A stretch of DNA of 64,000 nucleotides, from positions 224,001 to 288,000 of the forward strand of contig JBMNJG010000012.1 of NCBI GenBank assembly GCA_050951545.1. The letters are read 5' to 3'. A program made the position numbers and the translations under genes. Of this stretch, positions 11,954-20,912 are shown one piece after another (the first letter of the stretch is position 1; each line of letters begins with the position of its first letter). The notes beneath the pieces are model-generated. The model did not search any database. It was not told the DNA's origin and saw only the letters and a list, made by a program, of their open reading frames with translations. This DNA is from Limnochordia bacterium. GTDB taxonomy: Bacteria; Bacillota; Limnochordia; DTU080.

Positions 11954-12038
11954 GCCCGGGTGGCGGAACTGGCAGACGCGCACGTTTGAGGGGCGTGTCC
12001 CGCAAGGGGTACGAGTTCAAGTCTCGTTCCGGGCACCA
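11954..12038 (+). tRNA. tRNA-Leu (GAG)
   Basis: GCCCGGG...TCCGGGCACCA acceptor, GGCAGACG D-arm, anticodon loop TT-GAG-GG, long variable arm, GTTCAA T-loop. TTGACA..TATACT promoter at 11911-11940. Confidence 0.95.
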
Positions 12039-12042
12039 CGTA

Positions 12043-12071
12043 CAAGGTCCCATTTTCATAGTGGGGCCTTG
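12043..12071. terminator. Terminator hairpin after tRNA-Leu
   Basis: CAAGGTCCCAT...GTGGGGCCTTG stem followed by a T-rich run, between convergent units. Confidence 0.65.
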
Positions 12072-12103
12072 TCTGTTCTTACTGCAGAAGCGCACATCGC
12101 CGC

Positions 12104-13072
12104 TCAGAATGGGTAGTCACGATGCTTCCTCCATACGTCCAAGATTAGGCGGTAGCGCTCGGGAGGTAGCCCGGCAAAGGGTACGTTGCTTGTGCAGAAA
12201 ATGTAGCCTCCACCCGGTTTGCCATGCTCAATGCAGTATTCCGCACTGGCTATGACCTCATCTTCACTCCCCGTCTGCATCAGTGCGCAGTTCACATTTC
12301 CACAGAGGCAAAGCCTATCCCCCACCAGCTGCTTCACTTCCTTAATGTCTACGCCAGCCATAGGGTCAAGGGAGTGCAGTCCGTCAGGTTCACATGCCAC
12401 CAACTGATCGAGAATTGGCATGATGTTTCCATCCGTGTGCTTGATGCAGTAGGCGCCGGCTCTTTTCGTTTCGGAGATGATCTGATGCAGATAAGGCGTC
12501 ACGAATTCCGAGAACATCGCTGGCGACATGAACGGTCCGGCGTTGAAGCAGTAGTCTGAGCAGAGGATAAACGAATCCATACCAGCATCAATGAGCCTCT
12601 TGTTGCGCTCGATTGCCCGGCGTGCGAGTTGAGCCGCATGGTAATGCGCATCTTGCGGTGTGTCTGCCAACCAGAAATAGAACTCCAGTAGATGGTCGCC
12701 GTCGGGTATGCTGAAGGTCCCGTCACCGTGAGTGGTAAGCATCATCGTGTCGCCGACAATCTGTCGTAAGTAGCGGGTACTGTGTTGTAGATCATCCCAG
12801 TTTAGGTAGTGGACTGGGATGATGGAGTATTCGAGATTCGTGTAGACCTCAACCATATACTCTGCATTCACCTGCAACAGGCGTTCTCTTTTGCTACCCG
12901 CAATATGACTGATGGAGTCGCTGCGCACGAATCTGCGACCAAAGAACTCCTCTTCCAGCTGAAACTCGAGTTCGAACGTCGGAATCTGGTCAGGAACCTG
13001 AAGCGTGAGAGCAGCTTCTGCTCGCTCTTTCGGGGTCATTGAGCGCTGTTGGTTGCTGGTCTCCATGCACAT
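12104..13072 (-). CDS. Uroporphyrinogen decarboxylase / MtaA-CmuA superfamily protein
   Basis: MTPKER...PDQIP N-terminus, SDYCFNAGPFMSPAMFSEFVTPY, KHTDGNIMPILD, CLCGNV and GGGYIF motifs. Confidence 0.85.
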   Translation of the reverse strand: MCMETSNQQRSMTPKERAEAALTLQVPDQIPTFELEFQLEEEFFGRRFVRSDSISHIAGSKRERLLQVNAEYMVEVYTNLEYSIIPVHYLNWDDLQHSTRYLRQIVGDTMMLTTHGDGTFSIPDGDHLLEFYFWLADTPQDAHYHAAQLARRAIERNKRLIDAGMDSFILCSDYCFNAGPFMSPAMFSEFVTPYLHQIISETKRAGAYCIKHTDGNIMPILDQLVACEPDGLHSLDPMAGVDIKEVKQLVGDRLCLCGNVNCALMQTGSEDEVIASAEYCIEHGKPGGGYIFCTSNVPFAGLPPERYRLILDVWRKHRDYPF

Positions 13073-13225
13073 GTGATGCCATCACCTCGTCCTGGATCGG
13101 CTACAGTAGACTTCCTCTGTCCTGTTGTTCTGTCCTGCACAGATCCAGTGGCCCGAATTGCGCCGATCAACTGCATATGCTACGCTGTCAACAGCAGAAG
13201 CAATGACGAGAACGGGGGATGTGCC

Positions 13226-13615
13226 ATGGAGTACACGGAGCAAAGTGCCCCTGATGTATGCGAGGAGTTCCTGATCGATGGCACTCGCGTTGGACAGCTG
13301 AGGGCTGATCTCGAGCGGGTGGGCGGGGTCTCCGAGATCTTTAAGGTGCTGGGTGATGAAACACGCACGCGCATCGTTTGGGCGCTCTCTTGTTGCGAGC
13401 TGTGTGTCTGTGATATCGCGGCCTTGCTTGGCGTCTCTAGCTCTTCTGTCTCGCATCACCTGCGGCTACTGCGTAGTTTGCGCCTAGTCAAGTACCGTCG
13501 AGAAGGGAAGATGGCCTACTACAGTCTTGACGACGACCATATCGTACAGCTTATCCGGGCTGCCCTGGATCACTATGAAGAGCAGGGCTCATCGGCCTCG
13601 CGGGGGAGCCGCTAG
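13226..13615 (+). CDS. ArsR/SmtB-family metal-sensing repressor (CadC/SmtB-like)
   Basis: FKVLGDETRTRI, ELCVCDIA, SSVSHHLRLLR and YSLDDDHI. ATG at 13226 after GGGGGA. Confidence 0.92.
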   Translation: MEYTEQSAPDVCEEFLIDGTRVGQLRADLERVGGVSEIFKVLGDETRTRIVWALSCCELCVCDIAALLGVSSSSVSHHLRLLRSLRLVKYRREGKMAYYSLDDDHIVQLIRAALDHYEEQGSSASRGSR

Positions 13616-15541
13616 GCCGCCGCCTGCTGGGCAACGGCCTCACGATCAACCGTGAGCTGTTGAGTACTGCCAGAAGCGCTACTCCAACGTCAGCGAACAC
13701 CGCTTGCCACAGGCTGGCTATGCCCAGACCGCCCAGGGCCAGGACGGTGCCTTTGACGATGAAAGCCAGAAGGATGTTCTGCCACACAATCAGCCGAGTG
13801 CGGCGGGCGATCGTGATGGCTTCAGCCAGACGCGAGGGCTCGTCGGTCATCAGCACGATGTCAGCCGCCTCAAGTGCTGCCTCGGCACCCAGGCCTCCCA
13901 TGGCTACACCTACGTCTGCCCTAGCTAGTACAGGAGCGTCGTTCAGCCCATCGCCGACGAAAAGAACGCGACCCAAGCTACCTTCTTTGAGTTGTTCGAG
14001 GTGAGCCACTTTCCCGTCAGGTAGCAGCTCTGATCTGACTGTGTCGATGCCCAAGCGCTCCCCTATCGCCTCTGCTACTGTCCGCCGATCGCCTGTCAAC
14101 ATGGCGATCTCGCTCTACTCCCAGTTCGCGCAGTTCTTCAATCGCCCGCGGGGCATCAGGCCGCAGGCGATCGCTGATCACGATGTGCCCCATGTACCGC
14201 CTGTTGCGCGCTACATGCACCAGGGTAGCCGCGTCGCCTCCGGTTTCGGTGATCTGCACTCCCAGGTGCGCCATGAGGCGACTGTTGCCCACTGCCACCT
14301 CGTCGGCGCCGATACGACATGTAACCCCTTCGCCAGCTATCTCGGAGGAGTCGGAGACGTTCTGATCGATGACGGGTTCTCCATAGGCCTGACGTAGCGA
14401 CTCTGCAATGGGATGCAAAGAATGCTGCTCTGCCAGTACGGCCAGCTGCAGCAGCTCATCAGCAGACGTACCGGGTTGGGCTCGCACTGCGGTCACAGAA
14501 AAGACGCCTTCAGTCAACGTACCGGTCTTGTCGAAGGCTACAGTGTGAATGCTATGAAGCCCTTCTAGGAAGCTGGCACCCTTAATCAGGATACCGCGGC
14601 GGGCAGCTGCTCCCTAAGCCAGCGAAAAAGCCCAGAGGCACTGACACGACGAGGGCACATGGGCATGAGATAACCAAGAACAACAGTGCTCTGTATCCCC
14701 AGGTTTGCCAACTGCCCTGAAAAAGTAACGGTGGGATGAGCGCGAAGATGGCGGCCATGGCCACCACGGCAGGGGTGTAGAAGCGGGCAAAGCGGGAGAT
14801 GAATCGCTCCGTCGGGGCCTTATGCGCTCCTGCATCTTCCACCAGTCTGAGTACGCGGGCTACGGCACTTTCGCTGAACTCAGTGCTGACCTGTATCGTC
14901 AGCAACCCGGTCTGGTTGACAAAACCACTGAGTACGGTGCTGCCGGGTCCTACCTGCCGCGGTACGGACTCACCTGTTAGAGCTGCCGTATCGACAAAGG
15001 AGCGTCCTTGCATGATCTCACCATCAAGGGGGACGCGTTCGCCCGGCCTCACGATAATTCGCTGCCCAGGCACGATCTGTTGGGGTTCAACGACGCTGAC
15101 TGTGTCGTCAGATTCCAAAAGGTTTGCGTATTCGGGACGCACGTCAATCAAGGATTTGATTGAACGTCTCGAACGACCCGCGGCGGCCTCTTGAAGCATC
15201 TCCCCAATCTCGTAGAACAACATCACGGCCACTGCCTCCGGATACTCTCCGATGGCAATCGCCCCCATAGTAGCCACGCTCATGAGAAAGCTTTCACTGA
15301 AGAGACGCCCTCTGCTACCGCCGCGTATGGCGTGCCAGAGTGTAGGTCCACCTAGAGTGAGGTACGCGGCCATGTACAGCCAAGGATCCCAAGGCCCGCG
15401 GCCAAAGATGGCGGCACCAAAGAGCACTGCTCCAATAGCGAGACGCACGATTTGCAGCTGAGACGAGGCCGCGTTAGCATGATCGTGTGCACATGCTCTG
15501 CAGCTTTCTGGCGATTCGTGTTTCACAAGGGCCTCTTCCAC
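13551..15541 (-). pseudogene. cadA: Heavy-metal (Cd/Zn) P1B-type ATPase, CadA-like, split by two apparent +1 frameshifts
   Basis: LTGES, ISCPCAL, DKTGTLT, HPIA, MLTGD and VGDGLNDAP are spread over three frames. Shifts at about 14613 (GGG) and about 14113. May be sequencing errors. Confidence 0.88.
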
Positions 15542-15554
15542 GCAACTCACCCCG

Positions 15555-15584
15555 CAAACGTATGAACAATTGTTCATACGTTTG
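15555..15584. promoter_or_regulatory. ArsR/SmtB operator, perfect 30-bp palindrome upstream of cadA
   Basis: CAAACGTATGAACAATTGTTCATACGTTTG contains the TGAA-N6-TTCA SmtB-type core, just downstream of a minus-strand TTGACA(15618-23)-N18-TATACT(15594-99). Confidence 0.85.
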
Positions 15585-15639
15585 ATCAAGGTCAGTATAC
15601 GTTGGCGGACTAGGCCTTGTCAACATCGAAAACACATTC

Positions 15640-17145
15640 CTACAGTGAGGCTACGGCTACCTCGGACTCGGCATCCACAAGCATCCGCCGGAGGATCTTG
15701 CCGCTGGAAGACTTGGGGAGCTCGTTGACAAAGGTCACCGTCTTGGGGATCTTGTAGTTTGCGAGGTGCTGCCGGCAGTACATGATCACCTGAGACGCGG
15801 CTAGAGTCTCACCCGGCTTGGTACTGATCACAGCCTTTACGGATTCGCCACGAATAGGGTGCGACACACCGAAGACGGCCGCCTCTTTGATCTTCGGGTG
15901 AGCGTACAAGATCTCCTCGACTTCACGAGGATACACCTTCAGCCCACCGACGATGATCATATCCTTCAGTCTGTCTATGATGGTGATATAGCCATCATCG
16001 TCTAGTGTAGCGATGTCACCAGTATGAAGCCATCCGCCACGCAGGGCTGCCGACGTGGCCTTCGGTAGCCCAAAGTAGCCAGTCATGACATTCTCGCCTT
16101 GCACCAGAAGCTCCCCAGGATGGCCAGGAGGCTGATCACGTCCCTGTTCATCTACGACGCGGACCCTGACCCCCGGTATGGGTGGACCAACGGTTCCAGC
16201 CTTTACTTGGTGAGGTACGTTCACCGAAACGACTGGCGAGGCCTCAGAGAGGCCATAGCCTTCTCTGATCGGGATACCGTAGGCCCTCGAGAAACCCTCC
16301 AGCACAGCCACAGGTAAAGGGGCGCCTCCTGACAAGCACACGCGCACGCCTGCCATCGCTTCCTGTGGCACGTTGGCTGTAGTGAGTACCACAAACATGG
16401 CCGGTACGCCCACAAGCACGCTGATTCGATAGTTGCCGATGGCCGCCACGACGGCATGAGGCACGAACTGCTCCATCAGCACAATCTCGGCGCCAAGGCG
16501 CAGGGGCACGAGCATCGTCACCGTGGCTGCTAGGCAATGGAACAAAGGCAGGACACACAAGAAGACGTCCTGATCATGTACCTCGATGGCCTGAATCGTA
16601 GAGGCTACGTCATGAACCAAGTTGCGATGTGTGAGCATCGCTCCCTTGGGTTTTCCCGTGGTACCCGACGTATAGATAAAGACAGCCAAATCGGTCTCCT
16701 GTACAGGAGTGCTGAGTGGAGAGGCGTCCCCTGTCTTCAGAATGTTCTCCCAGGTCTGAGCTTGTGGACCAGCGGTCGCCAGGCACGAGATGTCCGTTTC
16801 TGCCAAAGCGCCTGCTACGCTGGGCAGGGCGGTGGCAATGACATAACGGCAGCGAGCATCGCGAAAGACGAAGCTCAGCTCTTCCGCTGTCCAGACAGGG
16901 TTGATGGGCACAGCTATGGCACCAATGCCGGTGACGGCAAAATAAGCGAAAATAAAAGCAGGGCTATTGGGAAGGACTAAGGCAACTCTGTCACCAGGTT
17001 GAACACCACGTTTTTGCAGGTAGTGCCCGATTCGATTGACAATCACATAGATCTGGTGGTAGGAGTAGCTGTTGCCCTCAAAGCGCAAACAGACTCGCTC
17101 TGCTGCCTGGGCGGCGGAGTGTGCGAGAATCTCGTAGAGGGTCAT
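15640..17145 (-). CDS. Long-chain-fatty-acid--CoA ligase (AMP-binding family)
   Basis: YTSGTTGKPKG, EGYGLSEASP, WLHTGD, DRLKDMI and PKSSSGKILR motifs. Confidence 0.92.
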   Translation of the reverse strand: MTLYEILAHSAAQAAERVCLRFEGNSYSYHQIYVIVNRIGHYLQKRGVQPGDRVALVLPNSPAFIFAYFAVTGIGAIAVPINPVWTAEELSFVFRDARCRYVIATALPSVAGALAETDISCLATAGPQAQTWENILKTGDASPLSTPVQETDLAVFIYTSGTTGKPKGAMLTHRNLVHDVASTIQAIEVHDQDVFLCVLPLFHCLAATVTMLVPLRLGAEIVLMEQFVPHAVVAAIGNYRISVLVGVPAMFVVLTTANVPQEAMAGVRVCLSGGAPLPVAVLEGFSRAYGIPIREGYGLSEASPVVSVNVPHQVKAGTVGPPIPGVRVRVVDEQGRDQPPGHPGELLVQGENVMTGYFGLPKATSAALRGGWLHTGDIATLDDDGYITIIDRLKDMIIVGGLKVYPREVEEILYAHPKIKEAAVFGVSHPIRGESVKAVISTKPGETLAASQVIMYCRQHLANYKIPKTVTFVNELPKSSSGKILRRMLVDAESEVAVASL

Positions 17146-17401
17146 TCAGTCAACGTGCTCCTCTCCAACTGCGAGTTAAACTATAAAGTTCGACTGTAGC
17201 AGCTTCTCATCCTGCTATGAACCCTTCGCCTTTGGTGCCCGTCTTCCCCTTGGGAAGTGACACCGAGAATGCCTGAAAATGCGATTTCAGGGCATGACTG
17301 CGGCGCATTCGCTTGGGCGACACCGATGCTCAGTCGTAGAGAAGAAGAGTGCCATATGCGAAGATGGCACTCAGCGTTCCATCGTGCTGGGAAGCACAAG
17401 G

Positions 17402-18529
17402 CTAGCTACACTTTAGCACTGCTTTCGCTGGATTGGCATAGTCATGGTACCGCGTCGCAACATGGGCTCTGTCGCAGTCACCAGCATGAAACAAGACTCG
17501 GTAGCGATACGTGACACGTTCACCAGCCTCTAAACTGCGCTCCCCGAGAAAGTGGAAATTGTTCCCTGAAAAAAGGCCATAGTCTCTTACGTGCCAGAAA
17601 GTGGGGTGGTCTTCGTTCTCAGCATGGTCAAAGATCGCTATGCCGACCGCGTGTCCATCCACTGTACCTGAGTAGTCGCACCAGGGAGAGCGTCTACCCC
17701 AGCACTCTGCTTCATTAATGGCACCAAAGGCGTTGACTACTCTTCCGCCGCTCTTGACGGTCATTTCCGGAGCGACCCGCACTCCAAGAGGTCCGGCTTC
17801 CTTAGTGGCCCCGAGCTTCACGGGGCCGTAGGTGGCCCGCAGGGTCAAGGAGAGATCCATCATCCGTTGGCCTTCCCAGAGGTTGTAAAGAGCCATACTA
17901 CGATGATCATCCATAAGAGGCTGTCCTGCGAAGTCTGTCCACGTGTTCTCTGACGCGAAATAGCCGACAACACCGCCATCTGTCTGATGCGTAAACGATT
18001 GGTGGATCTCCTTGCCGTAGCGTTCTGCAGGCTCATTCCAGCAATCGATGCCGTTGACGTCGCCATGTGAGAACCAGAGCGATCTCTGGTGCGGGTGCTC
18101 CTTTGTTTGCAGATCGAGGCGGGTGATGGAGCTATCAACCCCCGGGGCAGCAATGGGACCCCAGAAAGGCTTCGCGTATCCCCCGTATACATACTCTGTG
18201 AACAACCTGTCTTGTATGCGAAGCTCCAGGCTTTTTCCTCTGTCTATGAGCCTGACCCCAGGGATGTCGGCCTCGCCAGGAACGAACTCACAGACGCTTT
18301 CGCTACCCGCTTCCATCCAAGGGACTGTCAACACAAGGAACTTCCCCTCTTTGGTCGAGACCACCTGTGCAGGCAGCGTGGCGCCTTGGCAGCTGACCAA
18401 GCCCGTTCCATAGCCTGCATCAATCCGCCCTTGCCAATCCTCGGGGAGACCAGCAGGTTTCTCCGCCAATGGGATCCAGACCGGAGCATAATAGCGATGA
18501 TGATGACCAGCTTTCAGCAGCAAATGCAT
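17402..18529 (-). CDS. DUF6807 (PmoA-named) family protein, probably carbohydrate-related
   Basis: KPFWGPI, EHPHQRSLWFSHGDVNG, WCDYSG and FDHAEN.DHPTFWHVRDYGL pattern; AGGAGG RBS. Confidence 0.75.
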   Translation of the reverse strand: MHLLLKAGHHHRYYAPVWIPLAEKPAGLPEDWQGRIDAGYGTGLVSCQGATLPAQVVSTKEGKFLVLTVPWMEAGSESVCEFVPGEADIPGVRLIDRGKSLELRIQDRLFTEYVYGGYAKPFWGPIAAPGVDSSITRLDLQTKEHPHQRSLWFSHGDVNGIDCWNEPAERYGKEIHQSFTHQTDGGVVGYFASENTWTDFAGQPLMDDHRSMALYNLWEGQRMMDLSLTLRATYGPVKLGATKEAGPLGVRVAPEMTVKSGGRVVNAFGAINEAECWGRRSPWCDYSGTVDGHAVGIAIFDHAENEDHPTFWHVRDYGLFSGNNFHFLGERSLEAGERVTYRYRVLFHAGDCDRAHVATRYHDYANPAKAVLKCS

Positions 18530-18550
18530 CTTTGACCTCCTTGAAAATTA

Positions 18551-18623
18551 TGTTACGCTATGGCGAACACCTGCCGCAGCCGCCTCGACTTCCGCGCGTG
18601 ATTGGCGGTCGACACGCTACTCC
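18551..18623 (-). repeat. Copy A of the dispersed intergenic hairpin repeat
   Basis: 41/49 nt identical to the core of the copy at 33486-33552 (manual alignment). Confidence 0.8.
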
Positions 18624-18641
18624 CATGGCATAACGACACCG

Positions 18642-19466
18642 TCAGGACCACGCCTGACGTAGTGTACTCAGTGCAAGCGGAGCTTCTGCTTTGAAGTCCT
18701 GCCACATACACTCCACAGAGACGCCACCTGCATAGCCACTTGCTTCCAGGTAGGTGCGTAGCAGACGATAGTCGAATTGCCCCGTACCTGGTGCGCGTCG
18801 GTCAGTGTCCGCCACGTGTACATGGCGTAGGAAACTGCCCAGGGTGGCCAGCACCTTCGGAGGTTCACCCTCCATTTCCATGTGATAGGTATCTGCCAGG
18901 GCGCGTACACTCTGCATGCCAAGCTCTTGAGCCAATTCAACCGCTTCGCTCACTAGGTGTATGAGATTGGTTTCCCTTTTGTTGAGTGGTTCTACCACGA
19001 TTGTGATTCCGTAGGGAGCTGCAGTTTTCCCCGCCATGGCCAGGAAGGCCACTAGTTCTGCCCTGGCTGTCTCCATGCTGTAGCCGTGGGGTACACGGCG
19101 AGCTCCGCCGCTGCCCAAGACGATCACGCGCCCACCCAGTCGCGCAATTCGTGCACAGGCCTCTGACACATACTCCTCCAGAGCTGTGAAATCACGCTCA
19201 GGTCCCACCAGGGGTAAGGTGGGTGGGATGAAGCTGTTGAAGGCGTCGACGGGCATAGCAGCTGTGCGAACAGCATCGACAAGCGCTTCAAAATCCCCTT
19301 GCGGAGGGTTCATGGCAAGTCCCACTGTGAACTCGGCAAAGTCGAAGCCCGTATCGGACAGAAAACGCAAGGAATCTGCGACACTGTCGGCCGTAGTCTG
19401 GGCCTTGGCTTCACCAGCCACTTGCGGTACAAACGAACCAAGATTGATACAGCAACCAAATCGCAA
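18642..19466 (-). CDS. Sugar phosphate isomerase/epimerase (xylose isomerase-like TIM barrel)
   Basis: GSGGARR, VEPLNKRETN, ADTYHM, HVHVADTDRRAPGTG and SVEC. TTG start at 19466 after AAGGAGG. Confidence 0.88.
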   Translation of the reverse strand: MRFGCCINLGSFVPQVAGEAKAQTTADSVADSLRFLSDTGFDFAEFTVGLAMNPPQGDFEALVDAVRTAAMPVDAFNSFIPPTLPLVGPERDFTALEEYVSEACARIARLGGRVIVLGSGGARRVPHGYSMETARAELVAFLAMAGKTAAPYGITIVVEPLNKRETNLIHLVSEAVELAQELGMQSVRALADTYHMEMEGEPPKVLATLGSFLRHVHVADTDRRAPGTGQFDYRLLRTYLEASGYAGGVSVECMWQDFKAEAPLALSTLRQAWS

Positions 19467-19486
19467 AGTGCAAGCCTCCTTTGAAA

Positions 19487-19542
19487 GCCTACGCTGCGGC
19501 CTCGACTTCCGCGCGCAGTTGGCCGCCGACACGCGTACTCCC
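19487..19542 (-). repeat. Copy B of the dispersed intergenic hairpin repeat
   Basis: GCGGCCTCGACTTCCGCGCGCAGTTGGCCGCCGACACGCGTACTCC aligns with copies A and C. Confidence 0.8.
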
Positions 19543-19546
19543 TAGT

Positions 19547-19948
19547 CTATGGGTTCTTGTCGTGGCGGGCCAGCTCACTCCTGAGAAGTCTCCAGGTGAA
19601 GGCGGCCACAGCCGCATCGTCGAGCCATCCCAATAAGGGGTAAATTGCCCCGGGCAACACATCAATCGGACTGATCACGTACAGCACCCCTAGGAGTATG
19701 GCTGCCTTACGCCACTGCGGGATGCCCGGGTCTGAGAAGTACCGGATGACAGCTGGTAGAATGCCAAACACTCCCTCGCTGCCCCGCGTCTCTTGACGTG
19801 ATACGCGTCCTTTGAAAACACCTTCCACACGAGAGGTCTGTTCCTTTGTGGTCTCTTCATCGCTACTCTCGGCTGGCCTGGCTCGGCGTCCACAGTATGG
19901 GCATACCTTGGCAAGCGCGATTTTCTGCCCACAGTTCAGGCATCTCAC
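19547..19948 (-). CDS. DUF1232 (YkvA-like) membrane protein with an N-terminal zinc ribbon
   Basis: CLNCG...CPYCG followed by YVISPIDVLPG..PLLGWLDD. GTG start at 19948 after GGAAGAGG. Confidence 0.8.
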   Translation of the reverse strand: MRCLNCGQKIALAKVCPYCGRRARPAESSDEETTKEQTSRVEGVFKGRVSRQETRGSEGVFGILPAVIRYFSDPGIPQWRKAAILLGVLYVISPIDVLPGAIYPLLGWLDDAAVAAFTWRLLRSELARHDKNP

Positions 19949-20006
19949 AAGAAGTCGCCTCTTCCCTACCTGCCCATCCGGCTTCAAGGGATCTCGTTGC
20001 CATTGG

Positions 20007-20399
20007 TCAGGCGTCTACCTTTTCACAGTAGCTGATTTCTAAGGCAGTCCGAATGCCTCGAGTCTCAAAGACTTGCTCGTAGCGGACCACTGGGCTGTCC
20101 GTCGCGATGCGCAGGCTGCGAGCAACATCGGCCACTACCACTTCTAGGTTGCGCTACACGACCTGTGTAATACCTGGCTTCTTGAGTCTCAACAACGCTA
20201 CCAACGACCCGTCGCTGGCCATGCTACGAGCGTGGTCGCGACGTAGCTTAGCTAAGGAGACGCCACGTTCCGAGAGGGCGGTGCGCACATAACGCGGTGT
20301 CGTCTTGACCACCGCAGCAGTGTCCGAGATACGCACAAAAGGATCGACATGCGCCAGCCGTAGTATCTGCTCTTTCTTGGTGGCTGGCACGGTATTCAT
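20007..20399 (-). pseudogene. HTH plus partial UTRA-like (GntR-like) regulator interrupted by an in-frame TAG
   Basis: The ORF stops at TAG 20154-20156, but the same frame continues as RNLEVVVADVARSLRIATDSPVVRYEQVF...ALEISY to TGA at 20007-20009. Confidence 0.5.
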
Positions 20400-20510
20400 G
20401 ATGTCGATGTTCCCTCATATGAGCTCGCCCTGGGCATGCTATAGCTATGTAGGCGGCACCAGGGTCTTTCTGCAGGAGACAGGGAAATCCTGCCTCAGTT
20501 CAATGGAGTT

Positions 20511-20900
20511 CTAGGCCAGTCCCTTCGCCTGGACAGCCTCTGCGAGCTCGGTGACGATAAGCTCTGCTGTGGCAATGTTGGTGGCTAGAGGTACATCGTG
20601 GACATCGCAAACACGTAGGAGAGCTGTGATGTCAGGTTCGTGTGGCTGTGCTGTTAGCGGATCGCGCAGGAATATGACCGCACTAATGAGGCCTGCGGCG
20701 ACTTCAGCACCAATCTGTTGATCGCCACCATAGGGGCCCGATAGCATCCTGTGTACCGTAAGGCCAGTCGCGCCCTGTATCACTTTCCCAGTGGTACCAG
20801 TAGCCACCAGCTGAAAGCGGCTCAGTGTCGTGCGATGACGGTCACAGAACTCAACCATGGCGGCCTTTTTCTGATCATGAGCGATCAATGCAATACGCAA
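20511..20900 (-). CDS. mgsA: Methylglyoxal synthase
   Basis: [24 protein letters not shown] and [14 protein letters not shown] motifs. Confidence 0.97.
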   Translation of the reverse strand: MRIALIAHDQKKAAMVEFCDRHRTTLSRFQLVATGTTGKVIQGATGLTVHRMLSGPYGGDQQIGAEVAAGLISAVIFLRDPLTAQPHEPDITALLRVCDVHDVPLATNIATAELIVTELAEAVQAKGLA

Positions 20901-20912
20901 TCAACTACCCCC

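Noticed and set aside
17233-17241. CGGGCACCA match to the 3' end of tRNA-Leu(GAG) as a possible att site
   Set aside because: Only 9 bp, in inverted orientation, and no integrase nearby; chance level.
17402-18529. Methane monooxygenase function for the PmoA-named family protein
   Set aside because: The protein is soluble with no TM helices and there are no pmoB/pmoC genes; the family name is a historical label and the context is sugar metabolism.
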